Source: a virus | Lineage: Duplodnaviria > Caudoviricetes | DNA length: 62,838 bases | Reading direction: 5' to 3' (one strand) | IMG/VR virus record: IMGVR_UViG_3300042444_000200 | Span: 1-62,838 of that record | Part shown: positions 36,643 to 45,601 of the stretch, piece by piece | Layout: each line of letters begins with the position of its first letter | Numbering within the stretch: the stretch's first letter is position 1 | The notes under the pieces: generated by a model | Told to the model about the DNA's origin: nothing | The model's input: the letters and a program-made list of their open reading frames with translations, nothing else | The model's database searches: none | Position numbers and translations under genes: made by a program

Positions 36643-37328
36643 GCTTTTGACTCCGTGTTGGGCGGGGTCTTGGCCCGCAACTTCTCACGCTCCTTCTTCA
36701 GCAACTCCATCTGGCTCTCGGTCATCTCGCCGCTGCCGACACGCATGGCGACGCGGGCAATGACCTCGTCGCGTTCCTGCTCCGTCGAGACGGCCTTCAA
36801 CTTCTTGAGTGCCATCTCCTCCAGCCGGAAGGACTGGGCAGACGAGGTCTTCGTCGCCTCTGTCGCAGCCACGCCGTCGTCATCGTTCTCCGCTGCGATG
36901 CCGCAGAGGCAGGCGATGTGGAGACGACGCATGTAGGTGCAGTAGGCGAGGTACGCCTGCGGCTTCATCGGGTCGGCAGCGATGCGGCTGACCGACCGGG
37001 TGAACTGGCCCGACTTGTGACCCAGCGTCGTGACGAGGAACTCCTCCTCGCCCACGATCTGCGTCGTGCTCTTGAGAGCCAGCCCGTGAGCACTGTTGAT
37101 CGGACGAACGGCATCGAGCAGGGCATCGACGGTGGCGTACATCCCGAATGCACCCTTCGCATTCTTGAGTACGGCCGGGTACTCGCCCTGCGCCTTCGCA
37201 AGGTCTTCGTACAGCAGTTCAGTGGTCTCCGACTCGTTCGCATATGGATCGAACGGACGGTGGCGAATCGGCTTGTTGGTCGGCACGAACATTGGGGTTT
37301 GCATTTCTGCGTCCTTTGGGGTTTCCAT
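36639..37328 (-). CDS. ERF-family single-strand annealing protein
   Basis: LAKAQ...K...YAT...HGL...TTLGHKSGQ...TYMRR...GIAAENDDDG. Confidence 0.88.
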   Translation of the reverse strand: METPKDAEMQTPMFVPTNKPIRHRPFDPYANESETTELLYEDLAKAQGEYPAVLKNAKGAFGMYATVDALLDAVRPINSAHGLALKSTTQIVGEEEFLVTTLGHKSGQFTRSVSRIAADPMKPQAYLAYCTYMRRLHIACLCGIAAENDDDGVAATEATKTSSAQSFRLEEMALKKLKAVSTEQERDEVIARVAMRVGSGEMTESQMELLKKEREKLRAKTPPNTESKA

Positions 37329-37333
37329 TCCTC

Positions 37334-38326
37334 TCACTCCTCGTCGCCGTAAACGTGCGGCGGCATGTACAGTTCGGTGATCGCTCCGTACGAAGACGGC
37401 ACCCACGAATCGAGTGCCATGCGGTCTTCGTATTCCTCGATGAGCCGGTCGAGTTTCCGCTGGCCCATCAGCACGAAGCGGCGGGGCAGCGTCACGCAAT
37501 GCACCTCGCACTCGCCCACCGTGCTGGCGACAACGAAGGTCATGGGCTCGTCGGAGAAGCCAGCGAGAGAAGCACCCTCGCGGTAAACGGCGGCTTGCAA
37601 TCCGTAGCCGTACTCACGGCACGAATGCCACCACTGCTTCAGCGGGAACTGGTCGCGGGTGGTCTTGAAGTCGATGAGCCTGCCGTCTTCGAGGACGGCG
37701 TCGGGGCGGCAGCGAAGGCCGGTGCCGGTGCCACGCTTCCAGATGATCGAGATTTCCTTCTCGGCCACCTGCTCCCACAACTCGACGAAGGCACGGTTCG
37801 CCATCGCCTGCTTGTGCTGGGCACGGAGTGTCTCTTCGTCGGACGGGGTGACGAGGATCGCGTCAGGCCCCTGCTCCTTGACCCAATCTTGGGCATCCTG
37901 CTTTGTGGAAAGCCCGCCGGAGCCAGTGCAGAACTTGGCAGGAACCCGCTTGGCTACGTCCCAGAAAACGGACGGCCCGATCTCCCAGAAGGAGTGGAAC
38001 TTTGTTCCGTATTGAGTCGCCTCTGTCCCGGCGTGAGACTTGTGGCGAAGGACATGGTGCCGGTGGAACTGGGCAGGGCTCTTGCCCAATACCCGCAGGC
38101 TCGATGTCGAGAGTTCTGGTCGGGCGTGGTAGGCGGCGTTCGCCTCACCTCGCACGACTGCCACGAGAGTCGCGGCAGGGCATCCCTCAAAAGTCGGGGC
38201 GATCGGATTCGAACCGACGACCTCTACGTCCCGAACGTAGTCGTCGATGCCCTGCGTGAGTGGATCTGTCGTGGCGAGGAGGTTCTTCGTCATGTCAGTC
38301 TCAGTGCTTGCGTCTTCTGCTGTCAT
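37334..38326 (-). CDS. RecE/exonuclease VIII-like PD-(D/E)XK nuclease (DUF3799-like); start at 38326, 38293 or later
   Basis: YHA...LSTSSL, GTKFHS, RCRPD, IDFKTT, YGLQAAVY. Confidence 0.88.
   Translation of the reverse strand: MTAEDASTETDMTKNLLATTDPLTQGIDDYVRDVEVVGSNPIAPTFEGCPAATLVAVVRGEANAAYHARPELSTSSLRVLGKSPAQFHRHHVLRHKSHAGTEATQYGTKFHSFWEIGPSVFWDVAKRVPAKFCTGSGGLSTKQDAQDWVKEQGPDAILVTPSDEETLRAQHKQAMANRAFVELWEQVAEKEISIIWKRGTGTGLRCRPDAVLEDGRLIDFKTTRDQFPLKQWWHSCREYGYGLQAAVYREGASLAGFSDEPMTFVVASTVGECEVHCVTLPRRFVLMGQRKLDRLIEEYEDRMALDSWVPSSYGAITELYMPPHVYGDEE
38194..38240 (-). other. attP core: 3' half of tRNA-Pro(CGG)
   Basis: CTACG-TTCGGGA-CGTAG anticodon arm, AGGTC, GTCGG-TTCGAAT-CCGAT T-arm, CGCCCCG-A. 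No 5' half. About 145 bp from the integrase start. Confidence 0.88.
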
Positions 38327-38384
38327 CGGTATCTTTGCTGAACCCGGTACGGGGGTAGTGTACAGCGGTTCAGTAGGGTCGTCA

Positions 38385-39218
38385 ATGATAGGGTTAGCGG
38401 AAAGGTATTTGATGGGGAGGGATGTCTCGCGTGGTCACGCGGGCAACATCAGGCGAGCGGCTGCTCGGATGTACGCGGCAGGCATCACGCCTGACAACAT
38501 CGACGGGCAACTGGTCACCACTTGGCTCTCCTCCTTGAGGGCTACGCTGTCGGCAAGAAGCGTTTCGAGTGAACGCAACCTTGCACTCACATTGTGGAAG
38601 TATGGCTACGACGAAGACCTTGTCAAGAATCCGGTTCGCGGAGTTCAGAAGATCAAGGTGCCTCGCCGTGTCACTCGTGCCTTCACACGCCATCAGTGTA
38701 CGGATGCTGTCAAGCAGATTTCTTCTTCGGACTTTGGGAAGTTCAGGAAGAGTGGATGCCCGAAGTCTCTATGGCTAGAGGCTTGGTATCGGACTGCATA
38801 TGAGACCGGCATCAGATTCACCGACCTCTATATGCTGCGGCACGATTCTTTAGTGGACGGCGGCATCGCCATCGTCGCCAGCAAGACCAACGGCATCGTC
38901 ATCAAGCGGATCACCGCCGAGACGCAGGGCCTGCTCGACCGTCTTATAGAGATGTCACCGGACGGCACCGTCTTCAGTTGGGCTGTCTCTAGGCGTTGGG
39001 CCTTTGCCAACATCAAGGCAGCGTTCAAGGCAATCGGTCTGGATACTGGGCGTACCCAGTGGCTTCGTAGGTCTGGCGCTACGCACGCAGAAATGGCACA
39101 GCCCGGAAGTGCGGCACGTTATCTTTGCCACGCGACGCCGGGACTGGCCGAGCGCCACTATTTGGATCACACGCAACTTTTGGGACAGGCACCCGCTCCC
39201 CCTCCGCTCGATCAGTAG
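38385..39218 (+). CDS. int: Tyrosine recombinase / integrase
   Basis: TGIRFTDL (R), SKT (K), WLRRSGAT, LCH, HY (Y); adjacent to a tRNA-derived att site. Confidence 0.88.
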   Translation: MIGLAERYLMGRDVSRGHAGNIRRAAARMYAAGITPDNIDGQLVTTWLSSLRATLSARSVSSERNLALTLWKYGYDEDLVKNPVRGVQKIKVPRRVTRAFTRHQCTDAVKQISSSDFGKFRKSGCPKSLWLEAWYRTAYETGIRFTDLYMLRHDSLVDGGIAIVASKTNGIVIKRITAETQGLLDRLIEMSPDGTVFSWAVSRRWAFANIKAAFKAIGLDTGRTQWLRRSGATHAEMAQPGSAARYLCHATPGLAERHYLDHTQLLGQAPAPPPLDQ

Positions 39219-39264
39219 AAGAAAGTCGCTGGCCTGAAAGTGGGAGTGGGCGTAGATTCAGTTC

Positions 39265-39600
39265 TGTGCCGATACGACTGAAGGGTCGGCATGAGAGCGG
39301 AGTCTCCTTCAGCGGAGCCCGTCCCGATCAAAAGGGGCGGGAGTGGTGGTGGTGCCACAAACGACTCCAACGCTAGCCCGCAGACCAATGGCGTAAGTGG
39401 CAGGGGGTGCGAGCCCCGAAAGAAGTGGTCAGCCTCCTGCCCCGTCACGCAGGAGGTCGCACTAAAACCGACCCGGCTCCAACGATTCAGAGCAAGGCGG
39501 CGTGCGTAGAGGGGTCGGCGTCGGATCGCCCATCTATGGGAACCGACGGTGGCTCTTTCCCTGCGCACGTCTCCCAACCACTCACCGTACGATTCAGTTG
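39265..39600 (+). ncRNA. Candidate structured non-coding RNA or origin
   Basis: No convincing ORF; H-type pseudoknot plus six hairpins; -10-like TAGATT at 39253-39258. Confidence 0.5.
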
Positions 39601-39655
39601 CGTCAGTTTGAGTTTGAGTACAGAAAGAAGCGCACGCTTTATAGAGGGGCATGTC

Positions 39656-39901
39656 ATGGATTCTTCTGACCAGTCCGAAGCAAGGTTCGTCTACCGGCCG
39701 TCAAGCAGGGTTGCCCATGTGTGGGTGGGCGAAGACACGGCCTGCCGGATGTGGTCAACGGGCGGGCTACGCCAGCACAAGTTCGTGTTCGCCGAAGACG
39801 CTGGCGGCAGGGAGACCTGCAACAACTGCAAGAACTGCGCATGTGAATCGGACGAGTCGGAGAGGATGTCTCACCTCCGCTCGATACTCACCTGCCCATG
39901 A
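39656..39901 (+). CDS. Small Zn-binding phage protein
   Basis: AHVW.GEDTACRMWSTGG...CNNC; GAGG SD. Confidence 0.7.
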   Translation: MDSSDQSEARFVYRPSSRVAHVWVGEDTACRMWSTGGLRQHKFVFAEDAGGRETCNNCKNCACESDESERMSHLRSILTCP

Positions 39902-42900
39902 GCCCTAGTTGCTCACGCCGCTTCTTCGCCTCGCGGCTGTCCTTCCCGAGCCGCCGGTTGAGTTCGTACACCTGACGCAACTCTGGCGAGAGCGTGAGGA
40001 GTTCGTCCTCCGCGATGCTGACCGAGTCGTACGATCTGGTGTGGCCCTTCAGCAGTTCCCTAGCCTGACGCTGGGCATCTCTCGCTGCGTCCTCTGGCGT
40101 GGCCGTCTTGACTTGCAGGCCGGTGGTCGCACTGAGGAAAGCCCTAGCAGCCCTCTCTTCGGGCGAGGCACCGCTTCGCGTGTCGGTCATTTGCGTGACG
40201 ATCTTGCCCAGACCAAGCGGCAGGGCAGGTGCCACGAAGCGGCTCGCCATGTTGATCGCGTCTGGGGCCTGCGCTTCATCGTCTCCGGTTGCAGACTGGA
40301 TGAGTCGGTCGAGGGTAGTCGGCACCTCGTTGATTCTCTTCCCGGAGAACAGGTCGTTGCCGGAGAGCAACTCGATAGACGCCTTCGGGATCGGGGCGAG
40401 TTTCGACCCGTAGCCCTGAAGCGTGGCAATGAGGCTCTCGTACGGATCGACCCAGCCGTTCGCATCCTTCTTGATCTTGCCCGCGTTGATCGCGTTGATG
40501 CCGGGAAACTCGATGTTGGTGAGGAAGTTGTTGTCGCCAAGCGGGATGTACGGCGGGAGCCTGCGGATGTGCTCCGGCAGGTACGGATCGCCCTGCTCTG
40601 ACGGGTCGCTGGATCGAGCCAGCATCCGAATCATCTGACCTGTCCGGCCGCCCGGCCTGCGAACGAGGTCATCTACCGTGCGACCAATGCTGCGGCTCTC
40701 GTAGGTGTAGAAGGGCACGAGGTAGTCGCGTAGAGACTTCTCCACTGTGGTCAGTTGGGAGTAGTCAACGTGCTGCCGCTTCACAAGACGAGCCGCTTCG
40801 AGCGGGTCGATGTTCTGGCGAAGAAGCCCCATGTACCCGGTGAGTCGGGTGAAGGTGTCGGACTTGTCGCCAGCGACCTCCGCCGCACGATAGAGCGGGT
40901 TGCGCGTCTTCAGTGCGTCCTGTCCCCACGCTTTGGTGGCTGGGTCATACACGCCACGAATGGAGAGCAGGTCGCTCCACTGCGATGCAGGGTTGTAGAT
41001 GTTCTCCTGCACGCTTCCCGGCATGAGGGTCTTCACAGCCTCGCCGGTGCGGTCTCCGATTTCCGTGCCAAGCGTGCCCATCCCCTGAAGGACACGGGAC
41101 TCGCCGATGTCCAGCATGAACGCCTTCAGGCGGTCTGCCTCTGGCAGTTTCTTGTAGCGGGGAATGTCGGCCAGTCGGCTCGCAAACGCACGGTAGTTGT
41201 CCTTCACGCCGTGCATCAGCGTGGATGCGTCTGCCATTCCCGGAAGGGTGGAGTTGCCAGCGAGGATGAAGTTGCCGATTGCGCTGGAGTACAAGTCGCG
41301 GGTCAGTCGAGAACCAGAGAGTAAGGCGTTCGCCTTGAACAAGTTGTTGTACGACTTGATGTACTTGGCAATCGTGCTCTGCGCCTGCGGGCTCTTGTAG
41401 GCGTCGGCCATCCGGCTGATGTTGTCGATCACATCGCGTGACACGGACTGGTTTGCCAGTTCGTCTGTCGTCACGCCCATCCGCTTCGCCAACTCGTCCA
41501 TCGCTCCCGGCTCAAGGCCGAGCCGAGTGGTCAGTGCTTCGCCGACAGAGATGTGACCGCCACCCGGAACGTGGGTGTACGGCATGTCCCGCACCTGCCC
41601 CTGTACGGAGTCGAGCAGTGCGTCCACCATGCCGTGCTTGCGTCCGCGACCCTGCATGTACTGGGCCACGCTCTCAAGCGGGTGCGTTCCGAAGATGGCC
41701 TTCGGCCCATCGAGCCGGTTGAGCATGCGCGTCAGGCCGAGCGCATTGTCCATGCTGTACTCAGGGGCACCGGCAGGCACCGCACCATTGACGATGCCGT
41801 AGATTTGCTGCGCCACCTCGTCGTCGGTCGCCAGTCCTACGCCGTCCGCCCCAACGCCACTAAGCGTACGCCCCTTGCCAGCGAAGCGTGCGTCGGCAGA
41901 CAGTTCCTGAAGTTGGGCAAGGCCACCGGGCAACTTGTTGTAGTCGGCCCGGTGAAGCATGTCGCCCGTCTCTGGGTCGAACACGCGACGAGAGCCGCCC
42001 TCGTTGTAGCCGGGAATGTTCTCCTTGTAGGGCAGGTAGCCGACACCGTACGGGTGTTCGAGTTCAGCAGACGGTACGCCGAGCCGCTTGCCATCGGCAA
42101 GAATCTCCTGCCGGATGTTGCCCCACTCATCGACCGCCTTCTTCACGGCAGGGGCGTTGCCCATCAGGGTGCGATCTGCACTGGTGGCAATGCGTGCGGC
42201 GGGCGTGTCCTCCATCAACCGCCCCATCGCCTCGCCGATCTCTGTGGTGTGCAGGTTGGTCGGCGACATGGTGGCGTCGAAGCCAATGCGGTCTACGAAC
42301 TCACGCCCTGCCTTTGCCTCGCCGATGTCGCCGTATGCGTTCGCCTTCTTGGCAATGGCCTGACTCAGGGCGTCTGTCTGACCGCTCACCGACTTGTCTG
42401 TCAGTGCTGCGTAGCCCCTTCCGACAGGGTTCCAGCGGAGGTATGAGCCAGCCCTGTCCATTGCGTCGCCAAGAGCGGCCCCACCCGGAACGTCGAAGGC
42501 CCCGAAGTTCGTGGACGAGAGGGGCATGGCAAGGCCGAAGTTCCGGCCCAGCGTGTCGTCGAGCAGGTCGTTCGGGATCGCAGCACCACGCGGCAGGTCG
42601 AGCGCACCTCGAACCTTTTCCAGCATGGCGGGATCGCTGCCGATCACATCGCCTAGCCGCGAGTTCCGTAGCGAATCTCGTGCCCCGACAAGCGGCCTGC
42701 CGTAATGCTCCGCGTATTTCGCTGCCGCCTCAAGTGCGGCTTGATCGGTTGAGACATCGGCCCCCATGTCCGAGAGCGTTCGTTTTGCATACGACGGCAG
42801 GTCGAGCGGCGCGCCGGAGGCCAGCGCCCGAGAGGCGTCGTCGGATAGCGAGCGGCTTGCGTAACGTGCCGCATCGTCCAGTAGGCCAGCAGACTTGAGG

Positions 42901-43262
42901 GCACGGCCGGATTTGGTCAGGGCACTCATCGGCCCCGTAAGCAGGGACAACGGGTCGGTCGCAACCTCTGTCGCCAGCCCGCCCCAGAAGTCAACGTATC
43001 CGTTGCCGGTTGAGAGCCCGGCGTTCGTCAGGAGGTCTCGCCCCGACACGCGGTCGTCGGTCAGCGGGTCGTTCCACTGGCCGTCCTGTGCGTAGTCGAT
43101 GCCCGACCTGACGTACGCGGCGGGGGTGTCGAGTGCCCACCCCAAGTCCGATACGAAGTTCAGGCCACGCTTAGAAAGCGACCACAGAAGCGAGTCGCGA
43201 TCCTGATCGCTGATGTAGGTGGCTTCCTGACCGCCGCCTGTGGGGCCGCTGCGAAACATCAA
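39888..43262 (-). CDS. Large internal virion / DNA ejection protein
   Basis: 1124 aa, last late gene; EVATDPLS N-terminal and DYSQLT..EK...VPFYTY C-terminal motifs seen in podoviral ejection proteins. Confidence 0.7.
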   Translation of the reverse strand: MMFRSGPTGGGQEATYISDQDRDSLLWSLSKRGLNFVSDLGWALDTPAAYVRSGIDYAQDGQWNDPLTDDRVSGRDLLTNAGLSTGNGYVDFWGGLATEVATDPLSLLTGPMSALTKSGRALKSAGLLDDAARYASRSLSDDASRALASGAPLDLPSYAKRTLSDMGADVSTDQAALEAAAKYAEHYGRPLVGARDSLRNSRLGDVIGSDPAMLEKVRGALDLPRGAAIPNDLLDDTLGRNFGLAMPLSSTNFGAFDVPGGAALGDAMDRAGSYLRWNPVGRGYAALTDKSVSGQTDALSQAIAKKANAYGDIGEAKAGREFVDRIGFDATMSPTNLHTTEIGEAMGRLMEDTPAARIATSADRTLMGNAPAVKKAVDEWGNIRQEILADGKRLGVPSAELEHPYGVGYLPYKENIPGYNEGGSRRVFDPETGDMLHRADYNKLPGGLAQLQELSADARFAGKGRTLSGVGADGVGLATDDEVAQQIYGIVNGAVPAGAPEYSMDNALGLTRMLNRLDGPKAIFGTHPLESVAQYMQGRGRKHGMVDALLDSVQGQVRDMPYTHVPGGGHISVGEALTTRLGLEPGAMDELAKRMGVTTDELANQSVSRDVIDNISRMADAYKSPQAQSTIAKYIKSYNNLFKANALLSGSRLTRDLYSSAIGNFILAGNSTLPGMADASTLMHGVKDNYRAFASRLADIPRYKKLPEADRLKAFMLDIGESRVLQGMGTLGTEIGDRTGEAVKTLMPGSVQENIYNPASQWSDLLSIRGVYDPATKAWGQDALKTRNPLYRAAEVAGDKSDTFTRLTGYMGLLRQNIDPLEAARLVKRQHVDYSQLTTVEKSLRDYLVPFYTYESRSIGRTVDDLVRRPGGRTGQMIRMLARSSDPSEQGDPYLPEHIRRLPPYIPLGDNNFLTNIEFPGINAINAGKIKKDANGWVDPYESLIATLQGYGSKLAPIPKASIELLSGNDLFSGKRINEVPTTLDRLIQSATGDDEAQAPDAINMASRFVAPALPLGLGKIVTQMTDTRSGASPEERAARAFLSATTGLQVKTATPEDAARDAQRQARELLKGHTRSYDSVSIAEDELLTLSPELRQVYELNRRLGKDSREAKKRREQLGLMGR

Positions 43263-43267
43263 GCCCC

Positions 43268-45592
43268 CTATGCCGTGAAGGCGTGCGCTTCGTTTACGCC
43301 AAGACTCGCACTTGGGTTCTTGCCGTTAGGATCGCCGACCAGCGTGGCCCGGCGTGCCTTGTAGACGTCGTAGAACTTGGACAGTTTTTCCTGTAGCCCC
43401 TGCGGGTTGTCGCCGTCGTAGTGCTGCAAGATGCCTTCGATGAAACTGGCCTTGTCCATCATCGCGTACGACTGATCCTTGAGTTGGGTCAGCGCAGCCT
43501 GCTCAAGGTACCGCCAGTCACCCTGACGCATGTACGCCGGGCCAGCCGAAAGCCGCTGGGCAACGTGCGTTCGGGCAAATCGGTTGAACGCCGACTTCTT
43601 TTCTTCTCGCTGGGCGTTGTCGAGGTGGCCCATGCCACTGAGTTTGGCCTCGAAGTCCCGCTCCATGTCCTGAAGTGTCGGGCCTTCCTTTGCCAGCGGC
43701 GCGTTCATGATGGGGGTCATCAAGTCCGCCTCTTGCTGTGCTGGCAGGGCCCCCTTTGCTGCGTCCCTCGCTGCGCCTTCCTCTTGCAGAACAAGCCTTC
43801 GATTGTCGTTGAGAAGTGTTGCCCGCTTGAACTCAAGGTCTTGCTTGCGTTCTTCGGCGGCGATCTTCTCCTTTAGGTTTCCGGCCCTCTCGTGAGCAGC
43901 GATTTCCTTGTCAACGATTGTCATCTTGGCGTCGATTTCAGCGAGGGCGATTTCTCGCTGCTTGTCAGCAAGTTCTCCTCGCTGCGCTCTGTCCGCTGCG
44001 GCGTTGTTTGCGTCTGCGTCGTTGCGCTCCCGAGCAACCTGCCGGTCGGCCTCTCTCTGGACTCCCATCGCCTGCTGCTCTAGAACGCCACCTGCCGCAT
44101 TGACCACGTTCGCGCCCAGCGCCGGGTTACGGTGGTTGGCACCGCCCATCATCATGTTCTTGAAGAAGGCGTCGTTCTGGGCGGAAGCGTTCTGGGCAAC
44201 GAGGCCCTCGTGCATCTTGATGGCGGAGTCAGCGTGCTCCTTCATGGCCTCGCCCTGTGCGATCAATGCCCTGCCACGCATCCGATCTTCAGCCTGCGGG
44301 GAGGACATGAGAGCGTTGCCCTGACCGATCATCTCCGCAGCCCGGCCGCTCTGTAGTCGAGCCCGTGCGTGCCCGTACGACAGGCCCTCGTTACGGGCCA
44401 TGTTCTGCGTGCCGACATGGTCGCGGTAGTTGGCCTGCGTGTGAACACGCTGCTGGTCGTGGGCCTCGCGTCGCATTCGTCCGCGCTCAAGCGCAGGCAT
44501 GTCAGCCCACTCGTCAGGCGAGAGGCGACCGTCGCCGTTCTTGTCGTGCTCAGTACCGGCAACTGCCTTGTCGAAGAAGACTCGCGTGTTCGGGTGGATG
44601 CCACGAAGGTCTGCCATTGAGCGACGGCGATCCATCTCGGCCTTCATTGCCTGCTTCTTTGGATCGACCTCTGGCTTTGGGGCGTCCGGCTCCATCTGTG
44701 CGGCTGCTGGCCGCACGGGCACGGGCGGCATCTCTGCGTTCGGCTTGGCTTCTGCTACTGCTGGAGGGGCGGGAAGTGCACCACGCTGCGGGGCTGGCTT
44801 TTCGTCCGCCTTCTTCGGCATCTCGCGTACAACGGCCGGGCGATTGTTTTGGCGGTCAAACTCCGCTTGATCTTCCACAGAAAGCGGGTGCGGCCCTGCT
44901 GCTCGGCGGTCAACTTCAGCCTGCTCGTCGGAAGACAGGCCGGTTTCCCTGCGACCCCAACTGTCTGTATCAAGCAGTCCGGGTGGCGATGCACCCCTTC
45001 CTGCGTTTGACGGGAGTGTGCCACCCTTGACAAATCTGTACGCCTGCGCCACCGACCCTTCGCCGTCTTCTTTTTCTTTCGACGAGTGGTCAGATACCCA
45101 CTGCTCGTTTAGTAGTCGCGGGACTGTTGGGAATGGATTGTCGCTGGCGTCTCTGGCAAGACCTTCTGCGTGGTGGTCGATGATGTCAGGGCGCACGCCA
45201 CCCGCATATGGTCGATCCGGGTAAGTGAGCGGCGCACGGTTGAGGTCAGACTGCGACGGCCTGTTGGCAAGCGATGGGAGTCCTGTGGCAGCACGATGCT
45301 CTCCAATGAGTTCTTGCATCTTGGGCGGCACAATGGTCGCGTACCGGCGATGCTCTGCGCCAATCTGGGCCGGAGGCGAGTCGCTGCGAGGGATCAGGGC
45401 ATCTGCAATCTGGTTCGCGGACGGAACCGCCACGCCGTTGCTGTCTACGGGCGGGCCCCACGAGACAACAGCCGGGCCTCCGGGAGGGGCAAACCCAACG
45501 CGGGCAATGCTGTCGCGCTCCCGCTGCTCGCGAGCCTCGCGAATCAAATCGTGCGACAAGCCGCCGGAGTATGCGGAAGAAGAAAGGGGCAT
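43268..45592 (-). CDS. Putative internal virion protein
   Basis: 774 aa, Pro-rich then coiled-coil, no Cys; in the ejection cluster. Confidence 0.65.
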   Translation of the reverse strand: MPLSSSAYSGGLSHDLIREAREQRERDSIARVGFAPPGGPAVVSWGPPVDSNGVAVPSANQIADALIPRSDSPPAQIGAEHRRYATIVPPKMQELIGEHRAATGLPSLANRPSQSDLNRAPLTYPDRPYAGGVRPDIIDHHAEGLARDASDNPFPTVPRLLNEQWVSDHSSKEKEDGEGSVAQAYRFVKGGTLPSNAGRGASPPGLLDTDSWGRRETGLSSDEQAEVDRRAAGPHPLSVEDQAEFDRQNNRPAVVREMPKKADEKPAPQRGALPAPPAVAEAKPNAEMPPVPVRPAAAQMEPDAPKPEVDPKKQAMKAEMDRRRSMADLRGIHPNTRVFFDKAVAGTEHDKNGDGRLSPDEWADMPALERGRMRREAHDQQRVHTQANYRDHVGTQNMARNEGLSYGHARARLQSGRAAEMIGQGNALMSSPQAEDRMRGRALIAQGEAMKEHADSAIKMHEGLVAQNASAQNDAFFKNMMMGGANHRNPALGANVVNAAGGVLEQQAMGVQREADRQVARERNDADANNAAADRAQRGELADKQREIALAEIDAKMTIVDKEIAAHERAGNLKEKIAAEERKQDLEFKRATLLNDNRRLVLQEEGAARDAAKGALPAQQEADLMTPIMNAPLAKEGPTLQDMERDFEAKLSGMGHLDNAQREEKKSAFNRFARTHVAQRLSAGPAYMRQGDWRYLEQAALTQLKDQSYAMMDKASFIEGILQHYDGDNPQGLQEKLSKFYDVYKARRATLVGDPNGKNPSASLGVNEAHAFTA

Positions 45593-45601
45593 CGTGTCCT
45601 C

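Noticed and set aside
38194-38240. Functional tRNA-Pro gene
   Set aside because: The 5' acceptor strand and D-arm are absent; a 3' half next to an integrase is the classic attP pattern.
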